Shown: one piece after another, positions 27,124 through 41,484 of the stretch
Numbering within the stretch: position 1 is the stretch's first letter
How the letters are laid out: each line of letters opens with the position of its first letter
DNA from: Epiperipatus broadwayi
Lineage: Eukaryota > Animalia > Onychophora
Direction of reading: 5' to 3'
Length of the DNA stretch: 64,000 nt
NCBI GenBank assembly: GCA_028023455.1
Contig: JAQFVV010000001.1
Coordinates: 22,568,001-22,632,000, forward strand
The notes under the pieces: model-generated
Seen by the model: only the letters and a program-made list of their open reading frames with translations
Told to the model about the DNA's origin: nothing
Databases searched by the model: none
Program-made: the position numbers and the translations under genes

Positions 27124-29186
27124 CTAAAATTAAACGTAAGTTATGCATAATTAAGAATGTTACCTTACAAATCATATAAAAATAAATTGAAAAACAAGTA
27201 TTAACATTAACTTATAATGATGATATAAAAATATTTAATGACTAAATGCTTAAATTCTTGGCCTGAGATAATTTCCAAGATACAAATAAACAATATTCTT
27301 ATTAGCAATTTATGTGCCATAAAAAAAAACAAAAAAACATGATAGACTCAGAGATTATTCATGCTTTTCATTAGAAGTATAGATTACAATCATTTTCAAA
27401 CATGTTTTAATAACACTCAACTGAGATTTTGCAAAATACCATAGGCAATTGTAATTTATTGATCAGTACTGTATCATTATCCTATAAAAAAAAATTGAAC
27501 TTAATTGGGGAATCCACAACTATCTAAAAACTTTTACATTAAAATTATCTACTTTATTACTTTATTCTAGCAAGTTTTGTAAGCATGATTAATCAATGGA
27601 TATCAGATAATAGTACCAATCAATCAAAATCCTAAACTAATTTAAATATTGGCTTTCATCAATGCTGTTTATTGAATAAGACCTATGGACAGAATTAGTC
27701 TTGAGATTTTGTTGGCTCTACAATCTAATATCCACCGATTAATTGCACTTATGTAGTTAGCTACAAAGTAATTACTGCCTTTGCAGATGTTGAATCTAAA
27801 TATATCATTAGATGCTTTGCTCATATATCTAAAATCTTTCCACTCTATATCCTCTACACGATGAAGCTCTTCTTTTTTGAATCATACACACATATTTTTT
27901 TTAAAAAAATATTTTTATTGTTATATCATGTCTACACAAATATATATTGTAACCAGTTGGTCACACTGCCGCACTGTTAAAAAGATAATTGGCAGCATGT
28001 TTCTTGGGCTTAAGTGTATTTAATTTTCCCATGCATGTTTTTTTTTAATAATAATAATAGGTCTGAAATTATTTAAATATTTTATTTTCCTTCCTATATG
28101 ATAGTAGGAACATTCTAGACAATTGTCAAACCTCTTTTTAGCATAGTATGCATATTTTAATATGTATTATAAGTCATAAATATTGGTAGAAGAGAGAAAA
28201 ATTATAAAATCAGATAAATAGTTTCTATGTTCTCTCTCTTGGTACTCTTTTGATAGCCAGGCACAGCCACAGCCTAAAAATGCCATTTACGTGGCCGTAC
28301 TTATGGCTAATACAACAGTTTTGTTGCATTAGGCATTTTAGGCCGCTTGATGGCATTACACAGTAATATTACAGCCTGTTTTGTGCTTTGCGATACTTCA
28401 TGCAAATTCGCACCATTGTTATGGTGTTTGTATTTCAAGTGGGCATCATTTTTTAAATCTCGAAGTAGTAATTTAATTTCTATTTAAATCATGCAGACTA
28501 AATTACTAAGAATTGTCACACCATCACCACCCTTCCCTACACAACATGAAATGTGGAAAACAGTGGCAAAGGATAGGGCTGAAGATGATTTCCAAAGATA
28601 ACACGGCAATTCATGTTTTCACGAGTAAATGTACGAGAAACATAAACCAATGCTCCGGAAAAACGTTTTTGAAAGCGGTCCATCTCATATATTATTTTTG
28701 TTATTATGTTTAAAAAAAAGAAAAGAAATGTTTTCCAGAAATTAATAAATAAAAAGACAACCAAAGTTAGTTTTTGTTTAGAAGAATAAACAAAAACCAA
28801 GAAAAAGGAGAACATGATTTTATTTAAAAAAATAATTTAATACAAATACTAAAAATAATTTTTTTTTAAAAAAAATAACATAAAAAATTTAAAGACATAG
28901 TAGAAAAATAAAAGTCTTGAAAAAAAAAAAAAAGTGTGTGATTGTTTTTAATTTTTGTTTTGAAAACCCAAAAAAAAAGTAGAACAAGATTTTATTAAAA
29001 AAAAAATTAAAAAGTAATATAAAAAATTATTTTTGATTTTACTGATAACATGTATATTTCTTGAATGCAGTATGATTATAAAGTAGTAACCAACAATTTT
29101 CAAAAAAAAATTAAGTGCTTATCTTAAGAAACAGAAAAAATAGAAGCCTTTATTAAATAGCACTGCAGTAAAAAAAGCATTACTCA

Positions 29187-29450
29187 TCAGATTTTATAAA
29201 TGCTGGGTAATGAATGTTTAAGTTGTTTTCTACCCGTGTTTAAACTCTTAAGAATAGTTATATACTCATTTAAACTGATCAATATTGTATAGTTAGCAGG
29301 AATGTCTAATAAGTAAACTGAGCTGGATAAAACTTGAAAAATCATAGGAACACCAGGAAATATGCTGTGCACTACCTTATTACTATAACACCCTTTCAAA
29401 CAGATTCCATATATTCTGTTAGAAAAATCAAAAATATAATTTTTATACAA
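29187..29450 (-). mobile_element. Possible Gypsy integrase C-terminal (GPY/F-type) remnant
   Basis: The track ORF segment SNKVVHSIFPGVPMIFQVLSSSVYLLDIP resembles KL...F.GP..I..V.S...Y.L.LP. Pattern similarity only. Confidence 0.3.
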
Positions 29451-31907
29451 TGATTATATTTTTTAAAAAAAGAAAACCTACAAGCATTTAAACAATTTAT
29501 TTTCAGTTTCCACACTGCCTTATGTTATCAAGTATTTATGTGTGCATATTATGTATATATATACAGTACAATTTATATTTACAGCCCAGAAGAGATTTTT
29601 CATTATATAATCCTGATAAACTTCACAAACCCTGAATTCATGAACATTTTCCTTTTTTAGAAGTTAAATTATCAATAATCTTATCTAAAATTACACAAAA
29701 TAAATAACAATATTCAATTCAAAGTGTCTTTATCAATCCAAAAAAATGTTTTTCTCAAAAATAAATTTATAAATATTCTAATTAATTAATATTTTATATA
29801 TACAGTACTATATATAAAAAGTAGATTACAGCAAATAAAAGTTAAAAAGTTTTGTGTATATGCACTGACACATACTGCATATTCCTACAAAAATCAGTGT
29901 ATTTAAAATGAAATATATATGCATACATACACACACACACACATTCTCTCAAACAACTTATGATTAGTTAATTTAATAATGTTTGATAATTCAAAAGTAT
30001 TAACTTTTAGTGCATTGATTTTTTTTCTCAGTCTAGTTATATATGTTTAGTTCTTTATACTTAACTTAAATTTTAAAAATCTTTTGTAATAATAGATACT
30101 ATAATCAAATGATAACATCAGCAAATACTTATCAACTCTACCATAGTTTATCATCAAATGATCTTTAAAAAGCAAAAACCTGTATTTAAAAAATCCATTT
30201 TAAAATATGAAATTGCACTAGTTTCATTTTTATGAGTTTATGGCAAATATATGGTGATACAACAATAAACTTCTATGGTATAGGAGTACATCTGAATAAA
30301 GCTGCTTTACTACATGATAAGTCTAATATCATCAGTATTAGGTATTAATCTATACTTGGATATCGATATAATATATGAATAATTGCGACAATGATATGAT
30401 TATTAATTATACATGTGAGAGATCAGATTTACAAAACAGAAATATTAATAAAATCACTTGTATATTCAGTGATGATGATATATCACATAGAGCATCAATT
30501 TATATTGTGGAAAATATGTGGTGAAACCAACAATGGCTAAATCAAATAACTACTATTATTAAGCTTAACTTTGAGATATCTAATTTATATAACAAATATA
30601 TATATATATATATATATATAACAGATAAATAGTTTGTATCTCCAACTATAATAAGACTAATACCTAATTAACTTTTTAATTATTATCACATGCTTTATTT
30701 TGTTTAAAGAACAATCATAGCTCTACATAAAATGATTAGAGAATATTGACTATCAACTAAGCAGACATACACACATTATAAATTTCAATTAAAAAACTTT
30801 AGCATAAAAACACTAAATATAACTTATGAATAGACACAAATAATAAATAAAGATTAAATCATATCATCATATCTTTACAAGAACAAATAATTGATAGGAT
30901 TAGCTGAATTCAAAATGTTTCCATCTCACATATAGCCTCTTTCTAGATCTTTTACTTAGTATCCAATTTAAAACTTCAAATAACATATACATTTCACCAA
31001 ACTATAAGACAATTTCAATAAATATTATTTTAAAAAATAATCAAAAAGACAAAACAGATATTAATAAAGTAACTTAGATAAAAAATACTGAAGCACAATT
31101 ATCAAGTAAAGAGTTTATACCTTATGCAGGATTTTAGACAATAATAAGTTTGTACATACCTTACTTAAATTATTCTTGCTTATTAATTTTCTTTCAGCAA
31201 TAAATTTTTTTGCTATATATTGGAATTCAGAATAAATATATGATGAGAATTCTTTCTTATCTATTAAATCTTTGCAAAAATTTTGGTTGATTTTTTATTC
31301 AAAATTTAGAGATGAATTCTTTGCTAAGATTGCATTCAGTGAAAAAGAAAAGATATTTGTGACTCAAGCAGTTGTGTTAACCACATACCATTTTTAAAAT
31401 CACTACATGCCAATAACTTTGTTATACTCAGCTGGTGAAATTGCTGGCTTTCCTTACTTAGACTTCTTTGCCTAATTGATTTAAAATTTTATTGGAACTC
31501 CTTTGTACAAATTTAAAGTAGCTTATTAAAAAAACAAAAATAACTAGATGTTTTCTGTCTGTACAAGTGTTTACCTATATATTATAGCATATTGACTTTC
31601 ATAAATCTGAAGATTATATAATTAAAAATAATCTCGATAATTATTTTTAGGGATTAAAAATGGATCCTGCTTACAAAAACAAGTCTACCAATATATTCAG
31701 AGAATTAAGTAATTACTTATTTATATTTAATCTTATAATTAACAAATAAATTAAGCACTTTTTCATTTTAAAAATACAGTATATATAAATTTATAATTCA
31801 CATGAAAACAGTCCGTACTTACCAACACCAACAATCTTGCAAGGCAATCATTTATTTTTTAAAAAATAAAGCAATATTAGTTATAGTCAATTTCACATAT
31901 ATTATTA

Positions 31908-33082
31908 CATCACATGATCACATTTCCTATACTAGCACATTAATTGTTGATAAACAGAGCAAAACTCTCCATACAGTATTGCCACCTGTGCTAAACAGAG
32001 TAATCAATGGATGCCAGAAGGCTTGTGCATAAAATCCCTATCTAATGCCTACTCATCCAATATCCCCAGACTAGTTTCTGGCTTGTGGCCTTCATCAGTG
32101 AGGAGCTTTGGATCTGAGAGCACTGCATCTAGATCTTAGGATCTAATGCAACCCTCTAGCAACCACCTTTTATCTCTAATTAACTACAAAACTATGAGAA
32201 TGAAATTGAAAACACAAAAAATATTTTCAATCTAAGCTCAATAGCTTATATAGTCATATGGGTCTGAACTCAGTTCAGCACCCATACACTTTGGTGTCTT
32301 TGGCTCTTTTACAACCATAGCCACCACTATCCTATTGAGCTTAGATTGAAAATATTTTTTGTGTTTTCAATTTCATTCTCATAGTTTTGTAGTTAAGTAG
32401 AGATAAAAGATGTTTGCTAGAGGGTTGCATTAGATCCTAAGATCTAGATGCAGTGCTCTCAGATCCAAAGCTCCTCACTGATGAAGGCCACAAGCCAGAA
32501 ACTAGTCTGGGGATATTGGATGAGTAGGCATTAGATAGGGATTTTATGCACAAGCCTTCTGGCATCCATTGATTACTCTGTTTAGCACAGGTGGCAATAC
32601 TATAAGGAGAGTTTTGCTCTGTTTATCAACAATTAATGTGCTAGTATAGTAAATGTAATCATGTGATGCTTAATGGTTTAACACCAATCCTGCCTAATAG
32701 GATAGTGGTGGCTATGGTTGTAAAAGAGCCAAAGACACCAAAATGTATGGGTGCTGAACTGAGTTCAGACCCATATGACTATATAAGCTATTGAGCTTAG
32801 ATTGAAAACATTTTTTGTGTTTTCAATTTCATTCTCATAGTTTTGTAGTTAAGTAGAGATAAAAGGTGGTTGCTAGAGGGTTGCATTAGATCCTAAGATC
32901 TAGATGCAGTGCTCTCAGATCCAAAGCTCCTCACTGATGAAGGCCACAAGCCAGAAACTAGTCTGGGGATATTGGATGAGTAGGCATTAGATAGGGATTT
33001 TATGCACAAGCCTTCTGGCATCCATTGATTACTCTGTTTAGCACAGGTGGCAATACTGTATGGAGAGTTTTGCTCTGTTTAT
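31908..33082. repeat. Fold-back element family A, cluster 1 (forward arm, inverted arm, second inverted copy)
   Basis: Forward arm 31908-~32280 plus a ~60 nt core (to ~32335). Inverted arm 32332-32681 ends in CATGTGATGCTTAATGGTTTAA. A second inverted core plus arm spans 32696-33082. The arms are nearly identical. Confidence 0.9.
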
Positions 33083-34209
33083 ATTATTACATCATTCTTT
33101 ATTACGTATAATCAAATCAATTAATTTATGACTAACTGAGATCAAACTTTCTCAATATGTATATATTTAAATTTTTTTCACAGATAACTAGATGAAAACA
33201 TAGTAAATAAATGGGAAATTCTGTGCATATAATTAGACAAAATTAATAAACAAATAATATTATCCTGGTAACAAGCAATTAAACATACTACTAATAACAT
33301 GACCACATGGTATATAGCTTTGTCTAGATTTAACTAAATCATATTTCTCTAATTTACAAACAGATTTCTCCATTTGTTTACTATTGTTATAATCTTATAA
33401 TATAATTGTTATAATCTTATAATCCAAAAAAAAAAAAAAAAATTAGTTTTAACTTGTATACCTCTAATGGGAAGTCACTTACTATTCTGAGATCTATTAA
33501 AAGGTGTTAGTTTTCAATCCTCATCATATAATAGTTATCTGTATTTGAAGTATATAAAACAAGCTACACATCAGGGTAAAATTAGTCTGAATTTTGTCTC
33601 CTATTTAAATCCAGATAACTTATTTACTATGTAGCCAAGGTAAATAGCTAGAAATTTATAATTATTTGTTACCATGGTAACATTTGTTAGTCACTTTTTT
33701 TCTAATTACACATATGGATTTCCCCATTTATTTACTATTCTTTCATTTATGCAGTATTATCAATTTATATCCTCCTATATGCATTAATAAAATTATAAAA
33801 AATTAAACAAATCCACTTTTCTTATTATTACAATGCTTATTTTATTAAAATTAATCAATCTTACAGTTTCAATTAACATGCAATTTTCTTCAGCGCTAAA
33901 AGATGTATATATATAAAAACATGAATCCACAAATAGCTTATCATATAAACAATTTAACATTATTTCCTTATATATTGATTCATTTTTTATATCTTATTAC
34001 AGTATATGCATTCATACCAATTATATATATGTATCAAATGTATTATACATACATTAAATATATATATATATATTAAATATATCATAGACATACACTAATA
34101 TATTCAAAATTTATATTACATTTATATCAAAAAATATCACAAAAGTCAAAATCAGAAAGCCCTTAGTATTTAAAAAATTTTATATTAATATTAACCTATA
34201 TATAAAAAT

Positions 34210-35496
34210 GGTATTTTGGTATTAGAGCTGCGATATAGCATAGGGAGATAGGCCTTTTCACACCCACCATAAATGTGTAATGTCGCAATGACATAAAATT
34301 GGAAAAAAAAAATCCCTGCGAGTATATGTGAAAACGTGTTTTTTTTTTATCAACACGATCTTTTTTTCCATAATACTCCAACATTTTCAGTCTCATAATT
34401 AATATGTATTTTTTTTTTTTTTTTGCGGTTTTTATTCCGTTTTAATATGTATTTTGTGTGTGTGTATGTTTTTTTTTTTGGGGATTAATTTTTTTTTTAT
34501 AAAAAAATATATTTATTAGCATTTCTGTTGAAAATCTCAGCATACTCTGCAATCACGTTCTACATTTTCGGTTTCAGTCTTATAATTAATATGTATTTTT
34601 TTTTTTGTGGTTTTTGTTCCATTTTTTGGGGGGTTTAATTTGTTTATAAAAAAAAATACATTTATTAGCATTTCTGTTGAAAATCCCAGCATAAACTGCA
34701 ATCATGTTCTACATTTTCAGAGAAAATTTTTTTAGTACAGATGTCCATTTTCTGTGATAATATTACGGTAAATATTGTATGAGTATACTTAATGTGTTTT
34801 TATAAATATTATTTAAAAATCAATATCATTTACTGTTTGTTTAGTAACAATTTTTTTGTGTAATGGCGTCATTTCATTAAGATCGTAAATCACTTTTTTT
34901 TTTGTAATGTCATTCTTAAAAGTTGTTACTGTGGAAGTTGAATGTATAGTTAATGTCTTTTTATAAATATTATTTAAAAACTAAAATCATTTACTGTTTG
35001 TTTAGTGTGTATTTAAATTAACAATTTTTTTTTTTTGTGTAATGCTGTCATTTCATTGAGATCGCGAATCACATTTTTTTTTTTTGCTTTCAGATGGCAT
35101 TCTCCGTTAAGAATGCAAATCACAATTTTTTTTGCTTTCAAATGGCATTCTCTGTTAAGAATGCAAATCACTTTTTTTTTTGATTTCCAATGTTTTTAAA
35201 AGTTGTTAGTGTTCAAGTCGTACATATTTGAATGTCTTGATTAAAATTATATTGTTTTTACTTTTATTTTTTTTAGTCCTGCAACATGGAGCATGTATTA
35301 GACCTACACTCATGTTGACATTTGTATCAACCTCCCAATAAATTTGTATATCTTGCCAAATACCATGTGCAAGATCCATATACACATTATTTTGGTCAGA
35401 TCCCAAGATTACAAAGTTATCAGCGAATTGATACGAATGTGAACAGGTGCCGTAGGTCTAATACATGCTCCTGTAGCAGCTCTAATACCAAAGTAC
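34210..35496. mobile_element. Mutator-like (MULE) non-autonomous element with internal tandem duplications
   Basis: Inverted ends GGTATTTTGGTATTAGAGCTGC and GCAGCTCTAATACCAAAGTAC, with the 9-bp direct repeat TATAAAAAT at 34201-34209 and 35497-35505. Internal segments are duplicated. The superfamily is assigned from TSD length only. Confidence 0.6.
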
Positions 35497-36019
35497 TATA
35501 AAAATATAAAAATATAGCCAATGTATAAAACTTATAATCCACTATTATTAATCTAAATATTAACAGTATGATTTTAAAATTTAATAATTATTGTTATTAA
35601 ACTTATTAACAATAATAAATTATTTTTATTAATATATATATATATTTAAAGTCTTACCTAATTAACACTAATACCTACCCCCTTATTATTCAGTTTTTCC
35701 AACTATCACCAAATTACTTTTTTTAAATATAGTGGCTCCTTTTTTTTTTTACTTTTTATATAACTAATTTTAATCTCTTATAAATTTATTATTTGAAATT
35801 ATTGCAATCCTAATTAATAATCAGTAGTTTTTAAACCAAAATCTTTACTTAATGTGCATCTGATACTATTTGTAATGATATCTTTTTTTGACATTTTTTT
35901 TTGTAAAATGTATTTATAAATATATATTTTTTTAAATTCTAATATTAATACCCACCCCTTTTTATTATTAGTTTTTCAGATCTGTTACTAATGTAAATTT
36001 TAATTTGCATTTTTTATAT

Positions 36020-36245
36020 ATAATAGCTCCCTCTTTTATTTTTTATATAATTAATTTTACATCTCTTATTAATTTATTATTTAAAATTATTATAGCAATC
36101 CTAATTAAATGAAGTGAGTTTTCAAGCCTGCTTGAAAACTCTTGATTTAATTAGGATTGTAATAATAATTTCAAATAATAAATTTATGAGAAGTAAAATT
36201 AGTTATACGAAAAGTAGAAAGAAGGAACTACTATATATATATATA
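36020..36245. repeat. AT-rich fold-back with a perfect central hairpin; an extra direct copy of one arm at ~35672-35820
   Basis: Stem GAGTTTTCAAG (36116-36126) / CTTGAAAACTC (36131-36141) with a 4-nt loop. Outer CAATCCTAATTAAAT (36096-36110) pairs with ATTTAATTAGGATTG (36145-36159), and imperfect pairing continues for about 100 nt on each side. Confidence 0.75.
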
Positions 36246-38930
36246 TAAAAACAAATTAAAATTCGTTGGAAAAGTTGAATAAGACATTTTACAATGAAAA
36301 TAATTTATAACAGTTAATAAGTTTAAGAATACAAAATTAATAAATAAATAATAAAAGATTATTAAGTTTTATAGACTGGCTATATTTTTTATATGTGATA
36401 TTAATTAATATATAATTTATAAAATATTAAGAGTGTTAATTTTGATTTTTGTGATATAAATGTAATATAATATAAATTGTGTGTATATAGTGTATGTATG
36501 ACATATTTAAGGTACATATACATTTGGTATATATATTGAATATGGTACTTGTTTATATGTTGTAGGCAAATGATGCATAATACACTTATATATATGATGA
36601 ATATATATATATGATATGTATGCACATATATGTATATATGCAATGAGGTGTATAAAAAATGAGTCAGTTTATAAGGATATATAATATTGTTTGTTTATAT
36701 GATAAACTATTTGTGTATTTAGGTATTTATAACTTATAGCTCTGAAGATGTACAGTTAATCAAAACAGTATGGTTATTATAACAATAATAAGAAAGATGG
36801 ATTTGCTTAATTTTTATATTATTTCATTTTGTTATCCATAAAAAAATTTTACATTTTATATCTCTCATAGAAAGACCACTTATTATTCTGAGATATATTA
36901 GAAAGATATTAATCTTCAAAATCTCATTACACAATAAATGTCAGACAGCCTATATGCAAGATAAAATTGATCGACTTCTGAATCCTAGTTAAATCCAGAA
37001 AATATGCTATAAATCATGTGGCCAGCTTGGTAGCTAGTGATTTAAAGTGATTGTTACTAGGGAACATCATTTCATCTCACTATCTATGAAAAATTTAATT
37101 TAAACATGTATTTCTCATTGCTTTAAGATTTGTTAGAAGTATATTAGGCTTCAAAATTCCATTACATAATAAATAGCTGTCTGCATTTACAGCATGCACA
37201 TTGGGAGAAATAAAAGTGGTCTGATTTTTGCTTTCTAGTTAAATTCAGGTAAGTTATATATTACATACCCAGGTTAGTAGCTAGTAATTTTAATTGATTG
37301 ATATCAATGTAACATCATTTATTAATCACATTTTTATTTATATACATGGATTATCTCATTTATTATTGTTTCATATACATACAGTTAAAATGAAAATTAT
37401 ATTTCTAAATACAAAGAAAATACAATATTACTAAATCTTAAAAAACAAAAATCAGAAAAAGTAATGTAATATACAACATAGATTCTATATAATATGAAAT
37501 ATCCTATAATAATATTCGCCTTTGAATCTTAATGTACAACATGGTGATAGCTGAATAATTTCAGTCTTTCCTATCACTTTTAAAGTTTTGACATTTGCAT
37601 ACTTCTTGTTAATTCAGTGTTTAGAATAAAATTTCTTCCATTATTTGCTATCAAAGAAAATAAGTGATAGATATTATTGTTATATTTTATTGTGACGAAA
37701 TAGATTTAACTTCATTTAAGATAGATTTGTGTTTCAAATAAAAACTATGTTTAAATTTATTGCAAGATTAATTTATTGAAGAAGTAAAGACTTTTCTAAT
37801 TATTTATGTATTTTTTAAACCAATGTATGCAAAAGATATGTTTTTATGTGTATACTTAAAAAAATGTGCATTTAAAAGACGGTTATTTAAAAAACGAATA
37901 AAAAAAAAGATTAATTTTCTTCCAAAGATTTATGATCTACTACATTGATATATTTATAATTATATTGTAAAATCATCTTATATAAATTCAAACTAAAAAA
38001 AAAAATACTCATTTATACTTGGTTTTCTTTAATTTGCTGATGTTATTCTTAAATTATTTTAACATAGACTGATTTATTAAAATTGTTTGAGAGGAGTTTG
38101 CAAATAAATGTTTTGAAATTATAAACAGTAATTATAAAAATGAAATTTCAATGCTAAATCATTTATAATACAATCAAAAACTTTGAATCCTGAGAAATGA
38201 ATTATATCAGTACAATTTAAAAAAAAAAGTCATACAACTCTCTTGGCTATTTTTAAAATATACATTACAGGCAATGAACTATTCTATTTACTCTACTCCA
38301 GTCATCAATTGAAGGCCTGAGTAAATAATGAATACCTGATAGTAAACCCCATATCCAAAACCCCAGATTGTTTTCCATCTACTGGCCTTTTTCAATGAGA
38401 AGCATATAATAGCTCTGGGAAAATGTGAATAAAATGGATTAATACTCTCAATGCTCATTTTAAAAATATAACAGATAATAAAAGTAGGATGTAAAGCAAT
38501 AAAAGATGAACATTTTTCACATTATTATCATGGTTTAGAGACTATTTATCAAACAACTTATATAACTTTCAAATTCTTTAAATAACTTTTCATCATAAAT
38601 CATAAAATAGCTGTAATTTTTTTTCTAATTATTTTAGCCATTCAACAAGGTTATAGGATTTCTACTCTTACTTCAGAAATTAAAATAAATAAAATAAAAT
38701 TGGGAATCTAAATTTATTTTCATTTAAGATTAATTTTTTAATTACTGTGCTTATATAAAACTTATAGTCTGTCAGAAATGAATTTTAAAAAATAAAAAAA
38801 TATAAAATCCTTTAAATTTCTGGTTTTAAATTTAAACAAAACACAAGTATAATATTAATACACATTTTTCTACATATATAAATTTTTTACAATGAATTTT
38901 TAGTCGATCATATATATTTAATAGCAATAC

Positions 38931-39228
38931 CAAATTCTCCATACAGTAGTGTCACCAAGTGCAAGCCTTCATAATCAATGGATGCAGGAAGGTTTGTGCA
39001 TAAAATCCCTACCTAGTGCCTTCTCATCAACCATTCCCAGGCTAGTTTCTAGTTTTTATCAATGAAGAGCCTTAGATTTGAGAGCACTGCACCTAGATCT
39101 TAGGACTTAATATAACACTCCAGCAGCCATCTTTTACCTACTTGGTGCCCCGTATGGAGGGTTTGGCGATCTAATTAATAGCATGTGTAAGCATATGAAA
39201 TAATGATCATGTAATGTTTTGATAGTTT
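38931..39228 (+). repeat. Fold-back family A, diverged internally deleted copy
   Basis: CTCCATACAGTAGTG...CAGCAGCCATCTTTT matches the family arm. An inverted terminal remnant (GATCATGTAATGTTT) lies near 39200-39228. Confidence 0.7.
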
Positions 39229-39874
39229 CATATATATTTATAAGTAACAAATGAAGCACTGGTATTAAGGTGCCTTAATATAATTAATAATTATTACATA
39301 ATTGTAGATATTTTTTATTATAACCATTTTAAATCAAATGCATTCCATTAAGAAGTCACTAAAACTTTTAAATTAAGTTTTAATATAAGAACCTCTATGA
39401 AAAAGATGTACTAATCAACTCAGATAGCAATGGAAAGTCATAATTATAGTACACTACACCAAAAAAGCCTTTAACTTAAAATGCCTTATTGTAATTTTCA
39501 AAAATACAATCTACTTCAGTTACTCTCTAAAATTTGTCATACTTTCAGTCCATTATTGCTCCAGCAAGTACATTTCTCTTTAATTTCTAATAAGTATGTA
39601 TGTTGTCTTCCTAAGGCAAGTTGGTAACTAAGCGAAAGAGTATTACAATCAAACCTTTAATCATCTTCAATGACAGTTTGCCATTATTTGCAATACACAT
39701 ATATTTGACAAATAAGACAGATAACAAAGATCACATACTACATTAAATAAGCTTAATATTAAAAATAATCAATTCAAAATGATATATATCATATTAAAAA
39801 ATAACAATAAAGCAATATTTAAAAAGTGAAAAAGTTAAACTATACACAAAGATTATTTCTATCAAAATGAATTC

Positions 39875-40485
39875 TTAAACCACTAAACATCACATGATCC
39901 CCATTTCTTATGCTTGCACATAACTGTTATTAAAACAGGCAAAACCCTCCATACAGTAGTGCCACTCAGTGCCAGCCACAGTAATCAATGGATGCCAGAG
40001 GCTTGTGCATAGAATCCCCATCTAGTGCTTACTCATCTAGTATCCTCAGACTAGTTTCTGGCTTGTGGCCTTTGTCAGTAAGAAGCCTTGGATCTGAGGG
40101 CACTGTACCTAGATCTTAGGATCTAATGCAACCCTCCAGCAGCCATCTTTTATCTCTACTTAACTACAAAACTATGACTATATAAGCTATTGAGCTTGGA
40201 TTGAAAATATTATTGTGCTTTCAATTTTATTCTCATAGTTTTGTAGTTAAGTAGAGATAAAAGGTGGCTGCTGGGGGGTTGCATTAGATCCTAAGATCTG
40301 GGTGCAGTGCTCTCAGATCCAAGACTCCTCACTGACGAAGGCCACAAGCCAGAAACTAGTCTGGGGATATTGGATGAGTATGCATTAGATGAGGATTCTA
40401 TGCACAAGCCTTTTGGCATCCATTGATTACTCTGGCTGGCACTGAGTGGTAGGTACTACTGTATGGAGACTTTTGCCTGTTTTAA
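39875..40485. repeat. Fold-back family A, cluster 2 (hairpin with central deletion)
   Basis: Forward arm from TTAAACCACTAAACATCACATG to ACTATGA (40177), joined through TATGA microhomology to an inverted arm ending CCTGTTTTAA. Confidence 0.9.
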
Positions 40486-41484
40486 AATGATTTCTTATTA
40501 GTAACTCGGTGCATAATTACCATATTTCAAAAACCAGCTTTATAAGAATCAACAAATTTTTCAGAACTTTATATTGAAATGTTATGCCAGCAAACAAAAT
40601 CAGTAGAACTATTGTGCTCAGCCTGGCACTTTCGTATGGCATCCAGAGTAAATGATCATACAATAACTAAAATATATTCTCCTACACCCCCCCCCCCCAA
40701 TCATTAGAAAATATATCAGGGATAAAAGAAGTTATTATAGTATTAAGGTTAATCAAATGCATCAAAAAACTTATCATTAAAAAATTACTAAGAAACTGAT
40801 GTAACCAAATGATTGTAAAAAATTATTTGAGGTTATTCCTAATTTAAATAGATCTCATTTTCTCAGTTGGAAAATACAGCATTTATCAAGTAATTTGAAA
40901 AAAAAATTAAAATTAATCTAATTATCATTAGTATTTAGTAACAATTACTATTAAGTGTGAATAGATTAGTTAAAACATAAAGTTTTTAATATAACATAAT
41001 ATCTTGCTGTGAATACTATTATTAATGCCATGGTAATATGCGATTTCTCATCCAGTATGATTTTAGATAATACCTTATATCAATCTAAATGTCTTTATGG
41101 CTTAGACCAATAGTAGAGTAGCAGGTTCTGGAGTTTAAGGTCATGGATCACAATATTAGCTCTTCTCACTTCTGGTATTCAAAGTTCATATGAACTTCCA
41201 GCAATCACTGTGTTTTCTTGCAGCCAATGTGAATAAAATGTTTGGCCATCACATTATCATTTGATAGATGTATTTGAAATATTAGATTTGTCTGAATCTT
41301 TTAATGTACTAAACATAAGTTTTTTATACTTTTATTAATATTTTTCAAGTATAAAATTAATTTTGGTTAATTGTGGAAAGAATTATATCCAATAATACAA
41401 AGAAAATAGCAAAATGCTATTAGAAATTTTCATAAAAGTTTGCTATTGTATATTTTCATTTTAAAAAGCCATATGAAATTTTTA

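Noticed and set aside
32260-32280. GGTCTGAACTCAG resembles the mitochondrial 16S rRNA primer site
   Set aside because: Only about 13 nt match. It lies inside the fold-back family arm, with no rRNA sequence on either side.
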